A stretch of 64,000 bases of DNA from an uncultured Bacteroidales bacterium (GCA_900318665.1 ONLQ01000003.1:12387-76386); one strand, 5' to 3'; positions 37,271 to 48,476 are shown, counted from the stretch's first letter. The notes: a model not told the origin generated them from the sequence alone. Program-made: numbers and translations.

Positions 37271-37699
37271 TTAAAACTCCTCGCGCTCAACCAATAATAT
37301 CGCGTTTTGCGACACTATGTAGTATTTCTCGCCGTTGTATTTGATTTCCACGGCGCTCTTCTGCAGAAAGATGGCGAGGTCGCCGGGCTGCACCTGCAAC
37401 GGGAGATATTTCACCGTGTGGTCCTGATGGTTCCAACTCTCGGCATCTTCCATATTTGGCAGCGCATAGCCAGGTCCGCATTTCAAGATATAGCCCGACT
37501 GAATGTCCTCTTTCTCCTGATAGCCCGCAGGCAACAGCAGTCCACTCTTGGTGCGCTTGGCCCCGCCAGGCTTAATAAGCACACGGTCGCCAATGACGAT
37601 GATATTGTCTAAATTATTGCTCATAACTATTTCGTTATCGGCATATTCGGCAACCACTTTAACAAACGAGCCTTGTGGCACACCGAATGCATCGCTCAT
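37271..37699 (-). CDS. GroES (Cpn10) family protein, atypical, no adjacent groEL
   Basis: GDRVLIKP......KSGLLLP is the GroES mobile-loop region, but with N-terminal and internal extensions. I chose the ATG at 37699 because the TTG at 37714 overlaps the -7 box. Confidence 0.65.
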   Translation of the reverse strand: MSDAFGVPQGSFVKVVAEYADNEIVMSNNLDNIIVIGDRVLIKPGGAKRTKSGLLLPAGYQEKEDIQSGYILKCGPGYALPNMEDAESWNHQDHTVKYLPLQVQPGDLAIFLQKSAVEIKYNGEKYYIVSQNAILLVEREEF

Positions 37700-37711
37700 T
37701 ATTAAAACGTG

Positions 37712-37719
37712 CAAAGGTA
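37712..37719 (-). promoter_or_regulatory. -7 box (TACCTTTG on the minus strand)
   Basis: The complement of caaaggta, 13 nt upstream of the ATG at 37699. Confidence 0.4.
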
Positions 37720-37784
37720 CTAATTTTTTTTCACAGCGGCATAACGTATTGATTAATTTTGTAATTTTGCATTTTTTACTATCT

Positions 37785-38864
37785 ATGCCTATCTTTGAAT
37801 CTTCAGCAATAGCACATGTCGCTCTGCACTATGTGGGCAACAAAGGCACCGGCGAGAGCATCATTCTCTCTCACAAGACGCTGCCGCTTTCCGAACAGTT
37901 GCAGGACCTGCTTGTGCGCTACTTTCTCTCTCCGTTCAAGGGCGAGGAATACTTCACTTTCTACCACGATGAGGACCTTGCGCTGAACGAGGTTTACAAC
38001 CGTGCCAGCCGCATTTTCGACGACCCCGAAACGCTTTTGGAAGAGTCGCACCAACTGGCTCGCGCTCTATTCAACGCCTCGACACACCCCAACATCAAAG
38101 GCGGAGACCTCTTTGTGGTCTATTTCAAAGAGTGTGTGCTTGAGGGCAAGACGATGGACGCCATAGGCCTCTTCAAGTCGGAGAACAAAGAGCATTTCCT
38201 CAAAGTTGGCTACACCGACGAACAGTGGAGCACCAAGGAGAACGACGCATCGGCAACGGCATCATTCTCCATAGACATAGACAAGGGCATCAATATCAAC
38301 AAACTGGACAAAGGCGCGCTTATCTTCAACACCGAGCGCGAACAGGGCTATGTGGTTAGCGTGGTGGACTCTACCAACCGAGGCCTCGACGCTCACTACT
38401 GGCGCGACGACTTCTTGCAGATTTGCCAGCGCGAGGACCCATACTACAAGACCCACAGCGAGATGACGGCCTACAAGAAGTTCGTCACCAAGGAACTGCC
38501 GCAGCAGTTTGAAGGCGTAAGCAAGGCCGACCAGGCCGACCTGCTGAACCGCAGCGTGGAATATTTCAAACAGAACAACAGTTTCGACCTGCAGCGGTTT
38601 TCCGAAGAGGTGATTGCGCAGCCCGAAGTGATAGAGAGTTTCCAAAGTTTCCGCCAGCAGTATCAAGAGGACAACGCCATAACCCTCGATGACTCTTTCG
38701 CCATTGACGACAGCGCTGTGAAAAAGCAGAGCCGTGCCTTCAAGAGCGTCATAAAACTGGACAAGAACTTCCATATCTATGTTCACGGCAACCGCGAACT
38801 GATAGAGCAGGGCGAGGACGAGCGAGGAAAATACTACAAAGTCTATTACAGCGAGGAAAGTTGA
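37785..38864 (+). CDS. nucleoid-associated protein (NdpA/YejK family)
   Basis: AIAHVALHYVGNK......L...L...LL..YFL..F is the N-terminal signature. The start was re-assigned from 37548 to the ATG at 37785. Confidence 0.7.
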   Translation: MPIFESSAIAHVALHYVGNKGTGESIILSHKTLPLSEQLQDLLVRYFLSPFKGEEYFTFYHDEDLALNEVYNRASRIFDDPETLLEESHQLARALFNASTHPNIKGGDLFVVYFKECVLEGKTMDAIGLFKSENKEHFLKVGYTDEQWSTKENDASATASFSIDIDKGININKLDKGALIFNTEREQGYVVSVVDSTNRGLDAHYWRDDFLQICQREDPYYKTHSEMTAYKKFVTKELPQQFEGVSKADQADLLNRSVEYFKQNNSFDLQRFSEEVIAQPEVIESFQSFRQQYQEDNAITLDDSFAIDDSAVKKQSRAFKSVIKLDKNFHIYVHGNRELIEQGEDERGKYYKVYYSEES

Positions 38865-38881
38865 CAATAAAATCAAACATC

Positions 38882-40432
38882 ATGAAACGCAGCATAATAA
38901 CACTCATTTTCTTAGGTCTTGCCACCCTTCTCTCGGCACAGGAGAGGCAATTGAGCGCACTCTTCAACTTCAACGCCTTCTATCATGCCGAGCAGCATAA
39001 GCCTTACATTGAGACCTATCTGTCGTTCGACGCCTGGACGCTGAACTTTGCGCCAACCGGCGACGGCCGCTATCGTGCCACGGTGGAAATCCTGCTCACC
39101 GTCAAACAGGACGACTCTATCGTCTATGCGAAAAAATACGACCTTAACAGTCCCGCCATTTCCGACAGCACGGCGACAAACTTCAACTTTCTCGACCTGC
39201 AACGGTTCTATCTCGACAACGGTCTTTACACCCTCGACCTCAGTGTGCGCGACAAGGCCTCGCAGCAGCCGCCAATAACCGCCACACAGAAACTGACGAT
39301 TTTCTTTGACCCTGCAAAGCCCACTATGAGCAGCCCGCAACTGATGGCGACAGTCAAAAAGACCGAGACGCCCAACGTGCTGTCGCGCGCAGGCTACGAC
39401 ATGGAGCCCTATCTGAGCGACTATATTCCGTCCGACATAGACAGGCTGAACCTCTATTACGAAATTTACAACCTGCCGCAGGAAATAGGACAAAATCCTT
39501 TTCTGACGTGCGTGTTTGTGGAGGACTACGCCACAGGCAAACGAATTGAGGGCATACAGCAGATGTCGCGCCAGAAGTCGGCCGACTTCGTGCCCGTTTT
39601 CGCCATGCTCGACATCACCAACCTCATGTCTGGCCATTTCAACGTGGTTGTCGAGGTCCGCAACAAAGACAACGAGACTCTGCTCTACAAGCGTCTGCCC
39701 ATCTATCGCGCCAACGCCAACAAGCAACTTATTGCCAACCTGCCTCCCGCCTCTGGCACTTTTGCCTCCGACATTACCGACGAGAAACAACTGAACTACT
39801 ATCTCGACGCCCTATACCCCATAGCCTCTGAAGCCGAGAAAGACGCTGTGAAAGACATGATGAAGCGCAACGCCTTGGAAGAAAAGCAGGCTTTCTTCTA
39901 CAAGTTCTGGACCGACCGCGACCCGCTGCGTGCCGAGGACCTCTGGCGCGAGTATCGCGGCTGGCTCGAATATGTTGACGAGCATTTCTCCTATCCTCGC
40001 ACTCCAGGCTATCGCACCGACCGTGGCCGCGTCTATCTGCAATACGGTCCGCCCGACTTCATCCGCGACGAGAAGAACTTTGTGTCGGCGCTGAAACTGG
40101 GCAGCGGCAACGACGCTCGACGTCGTGTTACCGACTCGCAGGGAAATGTTATAGGCACCGAGTCGCTTGGCCCCGTGGGAGTGGTGAACGAGTCGCAAGG
40201 CCACGTCTATTATCTCCCCTACCAACTGTGGCGCTACAACAAATTGGAGCGCGACGACGCCAACCGTGTGTTCCTCTTCTGGGACGAGATGCGCAGCGGA
40301 TTTTACAAACTGCTGGTCTCAAACGCTCGCGGCGAGGTGATGGACCCGCTGTGGGAACGCCGCCTGTCGCAGCAACAACTTGAAGAATACGTGGTGGGCG
40401 AAGTAGGCGAACAGTTCAACCGCGGCCACTAA
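38882..40432 (+). CDS. GWxTD domain-containing secreted protein
   Basis: Signal peptide MKRSIITLIFLGLATLLSAQ. The C-terminal PGYRTDRGRVYLQYGPPD is a GWxTD-type motif. Confidence 0.75.
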   Translation: MKRSIITLIFLGLATLLSAQERQLSALFNFNAFYHAEQHKPYIETYLSFDAWTLNFAPTGDGRYRATVEILLTVKQDDSIVYAKKYDLNSPAISDSTATNFNFLDLQRFYLDNGLYTLDLSVRDKASQQPPITATQKLTIFFDPAKPTMSSPQLMATVKKTETPNVLSRAGYDMEPYLSDYIPSDIDRLNLYYEIYNLPQEIGQNPFLTCVFVEDYATGKRIEGIQQMSRQKSADFVPVFAMLDITNLMSGHFNVVVEVRNKDNETLLYKRLPIYRANANKQLIANLPPASGTFASDITDEKQLNYYLDALYPIASEAEKDAVKDMMKRNALEEKQAFFYKFWTDRDPLRAEDLWREYRGWLEYVDEHFSYPRTPGYRTDRGRVYLQYGPPDFIRDEKNFVSALKLGSGNDARRRVTDSQGNVIGTESLGPVGVVNESQGHVYYLPYQLWRYNKLERDDANRVFLFWDEMRSGFYKLLVSNARGEVMDPLWERRLSQQQLEEYVVGEVGEQFNRGH

Positions 40433-40471
40433 AAACTATCCTAATCCAACTTTCATAATTCGTAATTACAC

Positions 40472-41299
40472 TTGTACCTTCTCTCCGACATACTCTATCT
40501 GCTTGTTTACTATGTGGTGCGCTATAGGCGCAAGGTCACACGTCTGAACCTCGAACGTTCTTTCCCCGAAAAGACCGCTAAAGAACGTCTCTCGATAGAA
40601 CGTCGCTATTACCGACATATGTGCGACCTGCTAATGGAGGGCATTTTCAACATGATTGCCACCCGTTCACAGATTAGGCGTCGCTATCGCATAACTAACC
40701 TAGAGGTCATCGACAAATACTACGATCGAGGGCAGAGCGTCATACTGCTCTCGCAGCACTACAACAACTGGGAGTATATGGTGTCGTCGCTCAACTTCCA
40801 ACTGCACCATCACGGAGTGGGCGTAGGCAAACCCCTTGACAACAAAGGCATTGGCTCTTTCATCTCGCGTCGCCGCATACGCTACGGCACCGAGGTGGTG
40901 GACCAGACCGACGTACGTCAGGTGATGGAATTTTACGACCACAACCATGTCCCCACGGCCTACATGATGCTGGCCGACCAGTCGCCGAGCAATACCCGCA
41001 AGAGTTACTGGGCCACATTCCTGCATCAAGAAACGCCATTCCTCTATGGTCCCGAATATTTTGCCCGCAAATACAACTATCCCGTGGTTTACTATGTGGT
41101 GACGAAAGTACGCCGTGGACGCTACGAGGTGACGCTGAGCGACTTCTGCACCAATCCGCAAGAGACAAAGCAATACGACATCGTAAAGAAATATATACGC
41201 ACTCTCGAACAACTGCTGCAACAGCAGCCCGAATACTGGCTATGGAGCCATCGCCGCTGGAAACGCCAACGTCCCGACGATATGCCCATTGACAATTGA
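40472..41299 (+). CDS. lysophospholipid / lipid A (LpxL-HtrB type) acyltransferase
   Basis: RYRRKVTRLNLERSFPEK and HYNNWE (the HX4D/E-like box) are present. The start is uncertain: there is a TTG at 40472 and an in-frame stop at 40463, so the usual N-terminal anchor is short. Confidence 0.7.
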   Translation: MYLLSDILYLLVYYVVRYRRKVTRLNLERSFPEKTAKERLSIERRYYRHMCDLLMEGIFNMIATRSQIRRRYRITNLEVIDKYYDRGQSVILLSQHYNNWEYMVSSLNFQLHHHGVGVGKPLDNKGIGSFISRRRIRYGTEVVDQTDVRQVMEFYDHNHVPTAYMMLADQSPSNTRKSYWATFLHQETPFLYGPEYFARKYNYPVVYYVVTKVRRGRYEVTLSDFCTNPQETKQYDIVKKYIRTLEQLLQQQPEYWLWSHRRWKRQRPDDMPIDN

Positions 41300-41337
41300 G
41301 AATTTTGAATTTTGAAAACGGATAAAACAATAATACC

Positions 41338-42351
41338 ATGCCAAAGACAGCCATAGTCATTCTCAACTGGAACGGCCGCCACATGTTGGAACGTTTCCTG
41401 CCCAGCGTGACAAGCCACTGTCCCGACGACGCCGAAGTAGTGATAGCCGACAATGGCTCCACCGACGACTCTCTGGAATTTCTTAACACGCACTACCCCA
41501 CCCTGCGGACAATTTCCCTTGACCGCAACTACGGCTTTGCCGAAGGCTACAACCGTGCCATAGCGCAAATCGATGCCGACTACTATGTGCTGCTCAACGA
41601 CGATGTGGAGGTTACGCCCAACTGGGTAGGTCCCGTGGTGGCAATGATGGAGCAGGACGCCACCATTGCGATGGCGCAGCCTAAAATGCTGATGTACGAC
41701 CAACGCGACACCTTTGAATATGCCGGTGGCGCAGGCGGATATATAGACAAATACGGCTATCCCTTCTGCCGTGGGCGAATGTTCAACACCCTCGAGCAGG
41801 ACCACGGGCAATACGACGACCCCTGCGAGATTTTCTGGGCGTCGGGAGCCGCCATGTTTGTCCGTGCCAGCGTGTGGCGCCAACTGGGAGGACTTGACGG
41901 CGACTTTTTCGCCCACATGGAAGAGATAGACTTCTGCTGGCGTGCCAAAAACGCAGGCTATCGCGCCGTCTATTGCCCGCAGTCGGTCATCTACCACGTT
42001 GGCGGCGGCACACTGCCCAAGAGTTCGCCCCACAAGACCTTCCTCAACTTCCGCAACAACATGGCGTTGCTCTACAAGAACCTGCCACAGCGGAGGCTAC
42101 ACTGGGTGCTGGCTTTGCGCATGATATTAGACGGCGTGGCATCGCTCAAATTCCTCGCCGAAGGGCATCCTAAAGAATTGGCGGCGGTGTATAAAGCCCA
42201 TCAGGCTTTCCGCCAATGGAAGCCGCAACTGAAGGCCAAACGCCAGCAAAACAACCCTCACGAGGTCAGTTGCATCTATCAAGGTCGTCTGCTGATAGAC
42301 TACTACCTGCTTGGCAAAAAGAAATTCTCACAACTGAAATTCAAGAAATAA
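41338..42351 (+). CDS. family 2 glycosyltransferase
   Basis: IVILNWNG, the ADNGSTDDS region, LLNDDVEV (DxD) and a [10 protein letters not shown]-type motif are present. Confidence 0.85.
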   Translation: MPKTAIVILNWNGRHMLERFLPSVTSHCPDDAEVVIADNGSTDDSLEFLNTHYPTLRTISLDRNYGFAEGYNRAIAQIDADYYVLLNDDVEVTPNWVGPVVAMMEQDATIAMAQPKMLMYDQRDTFEYAGGAGGYIDKYGYPFCRGRMFNTLEQDHGQYDDPCEIFWASGAAMFVRASVWRQLGGLDGDFFAHMEEIDFCWRAKNAGYRAVYCPQSVIYHVGGGTLPKSSPHKTFLNFRNNMALLYKNLPQRRLHWVLALRMILDGVASLKFLAEGHPKELAAVYKAHQAFRQWKPQLKAKRQQNNPHEVSCIYQGRLLIDYYLLGKKKFSQLKFKK

Positions 42352-42376
42352 CATATACATAAACACATCTACCACA

Positions 42377-43912
42377 ATGACAAGAAAAGTAAGAGTACGT
42401 TTCGCTCCAAGTCCCACAGGTCCGCTCCACATTGGCGGCGTGCGCACAGCACTCTACAACTATCTCTTCGCCCGCCAAAACGGGGGCGACATGATTCTCC
42501 GCATCGAAGACACCGACCAGACCCGTTTCGTGCCTGGTGCCGAAGCTTATATCATCGAAGCCCTCGACTGGCTGGGCATCAAGTTTGACGAAGGCGTACA
42601 CATCGGCGGCAACTACGGTCCCTATCGCCAAAGCGACCGCAAGCCCATGTATCGCCAATATGCCGAGCAACTGCTCCGCGAAGGCTGGGCCTACTATGCT
42701 TTCGACAGCGCCGAGGCTCTCGATGCCAAACGCAAAGAATACGAAGCACAGAAAAAGACCTTCCAATACGACTGCAACACTCGCGCCGAGATGGAGAACA
42801 GCCTCTCGCTCTCTGCCGAAGAGGTGCAGCGTCGTCTCGACAGCGGCGCACCTTATGTTGTGCGTTTCAAATTTCCTGCCGACACCGAAATCACAGTCCA
42901 CGACCTTATCCGTGGCGATGTCACTATGAACAGCAACCTGCTGGACGACAAGGTGCTTTTCAAGAGCGACGGCATGCCCACCTACCACCTCGCCAACATC
43001 GTTGACGACCACACCATGGAAGTCTCCCACGTCATTCGTGGCGAAGAGTGGCTGCCCTCTGCCCCACTCCACGTCATGCTCTACAAGGCCTTCGGCTGGG
43101 AAGACACCATGCCGCAGTTTGCCCACCTGCCTCTGCTCCTCAAGCCCGAAGGCAACGGCAAACTTAGCAAACGCGACGGCGACCGTCTCGGCTTCCCCGT
43201 ATTTCCTCTCGACTGGCACGACCCCAAGACTGGCGAGTTGAGTAGCGGCTATCGCGAGAAAGGCTATCTGCCCGAAGCCGTAGTCAACATGCTGGCTCTC
43301 CTTGGCTGGAACCCCGGCACCGAGCAGGAAATCCTTTCTATGGACGACCTCATCAAGCAGTTCAACGTGGCTCATATCAGCAAAAGCGGCGCAAAATTTA
43401 ACGTCGAGAAAGCCAAATGGTTCAACCACGAATACCTGCAGATGCGTAGCGACGAAGAGATTGCCGCCATGTTCGAACCCCAACTGAAAGAGCACGGCAT
43501 CGAGGCAAAGCACGACTATGTGGTAAAGGTTTGCGGCATGATGAAAGAGCGCATCAACTTCCCCTCCGAACTATGGGAACAGACCTCCTATTTCTTCGAA
43601 GCGCCGACCGAATATGACCCCGCAGCCATCAAGAAACGATGGAAACCCGGCATGACAACCCACATGGCCAAGGTCATCGAAATCCTCAACACCGTGCCAT
43701 TTGAATACGATGCCATCCACAAAGCACTGCTCGACGAATATATCGTAGGCAACCAACTCAATATGGGCCAGGTGATGAACAGCCTGCGCCTTGCCGTGGT
43801 AGGAAAAACCGTGGGTCCCGACATGCTGACCCTCGTCATGACTATCGGCAAAGAGGAGACTATACGCCGTGTGCAGCGTGCCATCGACACCATAGGCGAA
43901 GTGGCAGAATAG
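42377..43912 (+). CDS. gltX: glutamate--tRNA ligase
   Basis: [19 protein letters not shown] (HIGH) and KLSKR (KMSKS) are present. Confidence 0.95.
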   Translation: MTRKVRVRFAPSPTGPLHIGGVRTALYNYLFARQNGGDMILRIEDTDQTRFVPGAEAYIIEALDWLGIKFDEGVHIGGNYGPYRQSDRKPMYRQYAEQLLREGWAYYAFDSAEALDAKRKEYEAQKKTFQYDCNTRAEMENSLSLSAEEVQRRLDSGAPYVVRFKFPADTEITVHDLIRGDVTMNSNLLDDKVLFKSDGMPTYHLANIVDDHTMEVSHVIRGEEWLPSAPLHVMLYKAFGWEDTMPQFAHLPLLLKPEGNGKLSKRDGDRLGFPVFPLDWHDPKTGELSSGYREKGYLPEAVVNMLALLGWNPGTEQEILSMDDLIKQFNVAHISKSGAKFNVEKAKWFNHEYLQMRSDEEIAAMFEPQLKEHGIEAKHDYVVKVCGMMKERINFPSELWEQTSYFFEAPTEYDPAAIKKRWKPGMTTHMAKVIEILNTVPFEYDAIHKALLDEYIVGNQLNMGQVMNSLRLAVVGKTVGPDMLTLVMTIGKEETIRRVQRAIDTIGEVAE

Positions 43913-43989
43913 CGAATCATGGGCGGAGACCTATTCTCCACAATATGACAGCAATAAACTACAAATAATTGAAATAAAAATCTAATATC

Positions 43990-44724
43990 ATGGAAAATAA
44001 CGAAGAAATCATCAATCAGCCCCAACAGCAGGAAACCGCTTGCTGCAACAGCGAGAATAAGAACCAATGCACCACCAAGATGCTTGTCATCAGCAACATT
44101 GTCCTTTTTGTTGCAGTCATAGTTCTCTTTGTATTGCATTTCACCTCCTCTCCCAGAAGCATGGTGAACACCGATGCCAAAGCCCCTGTGGTGGCAGAAG
44201 GCGGACTTAAAGTGGCCTATATCAACACCGACAGCCTCAACGCTCGCTACGAATACATCAAAGACCTTGAGAAAGAACTCCAAGCCTTCACAGCAAACAA
44301 GGAGAACAGTTACAAACAGCAGATGGAGAAATTCCGCAACGACGGCATCGCCCTGCAGACCGAGTATCAGAACTATCTGAAAACCGGCGACCAACTGACC
44401 CTCTCGCAGCAGCAGGCCAAAGAGGCAGATTTCAAGAAACGCGAAGAAGAGTTGAACCAGCGCCTGCAGAAACTGCAAGGCTTGGAACAGGAACTCGCCG
44501 CTCAGGTGCAGAAAAAACAGATAGAAGACAACGAGCGCATGATTAAAGCCGTCTATGCCTTCATCCGCGAATACAATGCTGCCAACCAGCAGTTCAACCT
44601 CATCTTTGCCCGCAGCGGCGCCGCCAGCCCTGTCCTCTACGGTGATGAGGCAATGGACATAACCGACGAAATAGTAAAAGGCCTAAACGAAGAATACGCC
44701 ACAGTAAAGAAAAACAAAAAATAA
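43990..44724 (+). CDS. OmpH/Skp family periplasmic chaperone
   Basis: 244 aa. One TM/signal anchor, then a long coiled-coil rich in Q/E/K with the KVAYINTDSL start typical of OmpH. Confidence 0.7.
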   Translation: MENNEEIINQPQQQETACCNSENKNQCTTKMLVISNIVLFVAVIVLFVLHFTSSPRSMVNTDAKAPVVAEGGLKVAYINTDSLNARYEYIKDLEKELQAFTANKENSYKQQMEKFRNDGIALQTEYQNYLKTGDQLTLSQQQAKEADFKKREEELNQRLQKLQGLEQELAAQVQKKQIEDNERMIKAVYAFIREYNAANQQFNLIFARSGAASPVLYGDEAMDITDEIVKGLNEEYATVKKNKK

Positions 44725-44756
44725 GACCCAAACGCCATTACGGCGACATATTAAAA

Positions 44757-44792
44757 GTACGGGATTGCCAATAGGCAATCCCGTACTTTCTT
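44757..44792. terminator. bidirectional rho-independent terminator
   Basis: gtacgggattgcc-aata-ggcaatcccgtac is a 13-bp perfect stem, followed by tttcttatt. Confidence 0.75.
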
Positions 44793-44847
44793 ATTCATAT
44801 AAATTATAGTCAGTCTAACACTGGCATTTACATTTTACATGGCTCTT

Positions 44848-45333
44848 TTATTGTGCGAGGGATGCTTTTATTTTGAATTCTATTATTTTCTCACTTTGTT
44901 TGCCTGCTTTGTCGCTTACGTTTATTTTTAGGCAGTAGTCGCCTTCGTCGCGGTCTGTGGGTATGTCGTATGTCTTATCCAGCACATATTTGGTCTGCCC
45001 GGCGGGGATTGTGCCATTATCTACAAACGCCCACGGATAGACTGTTGCCGTCTGTGGCTCGTGCTGACATTTCACTTCGGCGGCGGCACGATTGCTGGGC
45101 TGGAAGTTGTTGTAAACCTCTATCGAGTATTTGCCAAGTTCCACATTGTCGGTCAACTCGTAACGGACGTGCAGTGTCTCTCCAAGACGATAGACGGCGC
45201 AATTGATAGGATTGACCCAAGAATCGGCACCACCTATGGCCGGGGGTATATTGTCTTTGGTTTCTTCTTTCTCTTCGCACGCCACCATCAGTATGACTGC
45301 AAGTGCGGCACAAAAATACAGAACTCTTTTCAT
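44848..45333 (-). CDS. hypothetical lipoprotein (Ig-like, possibly DUF4625)
   Basis: The lipoprotein signal MKRVLYFCAALAVILMVAC is followed by beta-rich sequence. I chose the start at the second ATG. Confidence 0.5.
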   Translation of the reverse strand: MKRVLYFCAALAVILMVACEEKEETKDNIPPAIGGADSWVNPINCAVYRLGETLHVRYELTDNVELGKYSIEVYNNFQPSNRAAAEVKCQHEPQTATVYPWAFVDNGTIPAGQTKYVLDKTYDIPTDRDEGDYCLKINVSDKAGKQSEKIIEFKIKASLAQ

Positions 45334-45427
45334 ATTAATAATAGTAATAAATAATGCCATCCACCCACGACGGCGGGAAGCATAATTGAACTAAAAGGTT
45401 TGTTGCAAAACAATAGGATTACGCCTA

Positions 45428-46171
45428 TTAACGACGTTCGTCAATCTTACGCAGCGGGAAGCGATAGCCCACGGACACCATATAGGCCGTAAGGCTGCTG
45501 CCCGCATGGCTCACCGTCTCGCCACCATTCTCAATGGTACGGAGGGCGTCCACCTCGTCATAGACCGAGAGGAAGCCGTGGTCAACATAAATGCTGAAGG
45601 TGATGTTGCGGTTCTCGTATCCGAAGCCGAAAATAGCCTCGGCATCAAGACGGTTCATATAGTCGAAAGCAGCAGCGTTGTGAATCTTATAGTTAACATC
45701 GCGCTGGGGCTGGAACGGCGTGACTTTGCGCTCGCTGTAAGTGCCGATAATGCCGTAACTGACAGCGGGGCCGAAGAATAAACGCAAATACTGCTTACGT
45801 TTTTTGACAGGCAGTTCGAAACGGAAATTGGCGAGGATGGGCACCTGCGCATACCATGCGTCATAGTTGCCGTGATGCTCGGTGTTGAGCCCCTGGGCGA
45901 TAGAGAACACCTCGGAATAGCCACCACCGCGACGAACGATATTCACGCCTCCCTGGAGATAGAAGATGTAGGCCATGGGCGAGCGCAACTGGGTAAATTC
46001 CAGCGTGGCATAGCCGCCAACCGAGACAGCAAGAATAGGCGTTTTATCAGTAAGGTCGTCAGAAAGTTTCGAAATACCAAGTCCCCCGCGAAGTCCGAGG
46101 TTGGTAATCTGTGCCATTGCACCCATAGAGAGCGCAATAAAGCATATAAAGACAATTAATATTTTTTTCAT
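45428..46171 (-). CDS. outer-membrane beta-barrel (porin-family) protein
   Basis: Signal peptide MKKILIVFICFIALSMGAMAQ, then alternating hydrophobic/aromatic beta strands. Confidence 0.6.
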   Translation of the reverse strand: MKKILIVFICFIALSMGAMAQITNLGLRGGLGISKLSDDLTDKTPILAVSVGGYATLEFTQLRSPMAYIFYLQGGVNIVRRGGGYSEVFSIAQGLNTEHHGNYDAWYAQVPILANFRFELPVKKRKQYLRLFFGPAVSYGIIGTYSERKVTPFQPQRDVNYKIHNAAAFDYMNRLDAEAIFGFGYENRNITFSIYVDHGFLSVYDEVDALRTIENGGETVSHAGSSLTAYMVSVGYRFPLRKIDERR

Positions 46172-46225
46172 AATACCGTGCAAAAGTACAAAAAATAATA
46201 TAAATAGCACGTTTTATTTTTATTG

Positions 46226-48388
46226 CTATAATTTTCGCATCAGAAAGTCGGTCATCAGTTCATAGAGATTCTGGCGTGTGTTTCCTCCATAGATGCCGTG
46301 GTTTTTGTTGGGATAGATGCGGAATTCGAAGTGCTTGCCGGCACGTTCGAGGGCGCTAACCATATCGACGGAATTCTGGAAATGCACGTTGTCATCGCCA
46401 GTGCCGTGGATAAGCAGATAGTTGCCTTTCAGTTGGTCGGCGAAGTTGAGCGGCGAGTTGTTGTCGTAGCCCTCTGGGTTGTCCTGCGGGCGTTGCAGGA
46501 AACGCTCGGTGTAGATGTTGTCGTAGTAACGCCACGTTGTAACAGGTGCCACGGCTATGGCAGCCTTAAAGACGTCGTTGCCCTTGAGCAGTGCGAGAGA
46601 TGAGAGATAGCCACCAAAACTCCAGCCGAAGATGCCTATACGGCTTTCGTCAATCCACTGTTTGGCACCGAACCAGCGAGCAGCCTCGATGGCGTCCTCG
46701 CACTCCATTGCTCCAAGGTTGCGGTAGGTCTGGTTGCGGAACGCAATGCCACGACCACCTGTGCCACGACCGTCGAAACAGGCCACGGCATAACCCTTCT
46801 GCGACAGCATGTGGAACCAATAGTTGTCGCCGCCACGATAGGCATTGACAACCTGCTGGCTGCCAGGGCCGCCATAGACGTAGATGAGCAGCGGATAGCG
46901 CTTGGTGCTGTCAAAGTTCTCGGGCAGAATGATATAGTAGTTCAGTTCCGTGCCTATGGATGTGGTCAGAGTGCCGAAAGCCTTGCGGTTGGCGCCGTAT
47001 TGCTCAATGGTAGTCTGCAGGGCGGCATTGTTTTCGAGCACGCGAATGGCCTTGCCCTTATGATTGTAGAGCGTGGTTACAGGGGACTGCGCCGTCGTGC
47101 TGAACACATCAATATAGTAGCGACAGCCATTGCTGAACGAGGCGCTATGGGTTCCTTCCTCGGTGCTGAGTTGCATGGTGCGGCGGCCTTTGAAGTCGCA
47201 CACAAACAACTCGGTATTGATTGGCGAACTCTTATGCGCGGTGTAGTAAATCTGCTGTTTCTTCTCATCGATGCCGCACACGCTCACCACATCGTAGTCG
47301 CCCGGAGTGATACGGAGTTGCATCTTACCCTCCATATCGCAAAAATACAGTTGGTTATAGCCGCCACGTTCGCTACTGATGATGAAGTTCTTGCCATCGG
47401 CAAGGAACTTAATCGTTGCCGGAACCTCGATATAGGTGTCGCTCGTCTCGTCGTAGAGTGGCGACACGGTGTTTTGCTCTGCGTCAACGAGAAGCAACTC
47501 CATGTGGTTTTGCAGGCGGTTCATACGCATGACGCACAACACGGCGGGGTTGTTAGTCCACTGGAAGCGAGGCAGGTACTGGTCGTTATCGCTACCCAGT
47601 TCAGGACGCGTCAACGATTTGTCGCGCAAGTCATAGATGAGAATCTCCACACGCGAGTTGTCCTCGCCAGCCTTGGGGTACTTATACTTGTATTCGCCAG
47701 GGTAAAGGTCGCCCCACATCTGCATGGAGTATTCTTTCACGTTGCTCTCGTCAAAACGGTAGAAGGCTATGCGGCGGCTGTCGGGCGAAAAACGGAAGCC
47801 ACGGGTTATGGCAAATTCCTCCTCGTAAACCCAATCGGTGGTGCCGTTGATGATATGGTTAGCCGAGCCATCGGTGGTTATGGCCTGCTCTTTGAGGTTG
47901 GACAAGGTCATAACATACAAGTTGTTATCGCGGACGTAAGCCACCTTCGACCCATCGGGCGAAAAAGTTGTTAGGCGCTGCTTGCCATCGTTAGAGATGC
48001 GCACAAGGCGCTGCGAGCCAATATTATAGACATAATAGTCCGACACGCCGCTATAGCGATAGATAGGCTCGAAATTAGCGCTTAGCAATATCTGGCGCTC
48101 GCCCTCGTCAATCTCATACGACTGAAACTGAACACCCTCCGCACCTTTCACTTTGGCAAAAACACACAAGTCGGCAACCTTCTCACCAGTCTTGTAACTG
48201 TATTTCGCAATGCCATTGGCATCCATCAGCGTGTAATGCTCGCCGTCGGCCATCGAGCGTCCCAGACGAGCTGACGAGGCAGAGAAAGTACCCTTAGTCC
48301 AAATATCCTCAAGGGTGATGGCTTTATGCTGTGCCACTACCGACAATGCCATAGAACAAGTAAGCATGAGCGACAAAAGTTTTTTCAT
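46226..48388 (-). CDS. S9 family peptidase, dipeptidyl-peptidase IV type
   Basis: An N-terminal DPPIV beta-propeller region, the GWSFGGY nucleophile elbow, and the C-terminal GTGDDNVH ... NH catalytic residues. Confidence 0.9.
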   Translation of the reverse strand: MKKLLSLMLTCSMALSVVAQHKAITLEDIWTKGTFSASSARLGRSMADGEHYTLMDANGIAKYSYKTGEKVADLCVFAKVKGAEGVQFQSYEIDEGERQILLSANFEPIYRYSGVSDYYVYNIGSQRLVRISNDGKQRLTTFSPDGSKVAYVRDNNLYVMTLSNLKEQAITTDGSANHIINGTTDWVYEEEFAITRGFRFSPDSRRIAFYRFDESNVKEYSMQMWGDLYPGEYKYKYPKAGEDNSRVEILIYDLRDKSLTRPELGSDNDQYLPRFQWTNNPAVLCVMRMNRLQNHMELLLVDAEQNTVSPLYDETSDTYIEVPATIKFLADGKNFIISSERGGYNQLYFCDMEGKMQLRITPGDYDVVSVCGIDEKKQQIYYTAHKSSPINTELFVCDFKGRRTMQLSTEEGTHSASFSNGCRYYIDVFSTTAQSPVTTLYNHKGKAIRVLENNAALQTTIEQYGANRKAFGTLTTSIGTELNYYIILPENFDSTKRYPLLIYVYGGPGSQQVVNAYRGGDNYWFHMLSQKGYAVACFDGRGTGGRGIAFRNQTYRNLGAMECEDAIEAARWFGAKQWIDESRIGIFGWSFGGYLSSLALLKGNDVFKAAIAVAPVTTWRYYDNIYTERFLQRPQDNPEGYDNNSPLNFADQLKGNYLLIHGTGDDNVHFQNSVDMVSALERAGKHFEFRIYPNKNHGIYGGNTRQNLYELMTDFLMRKL

Positions 48389-48476
48389 CAAATACAACTT
48401 ATTGAAATTAAAAACAATGTATTATTTGGTATAAATTGCAAATTTACGTTTTTTTTGTGAAATCAAAAAATGTTAG

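Noticed and set aside
37548-37784. An N-terminal extension of the nucleoid-associated-protein ORF across the GroES-like gene and the intergenic promoter region.
   Set aside because: It overlaps an opposite-strand gene and an AT-rich promoter region. The family N-terminus begins at the ATG at 37785.
42341-43513. A 390-aa minus-strand ORF antisense to gltX. Similar long antisense ORFs occur at 55820-57004, 46811-47974, 41122-42033, 38912-39790, 35195-36115 and 59503-60303.
   Set aside because: Each lies entirely inside a confidently identified gene on the other strand. Their compositions are V/G/A/H-rich with no motifs. These are typical shadow ORFs of GC-rich codon-biased genes.
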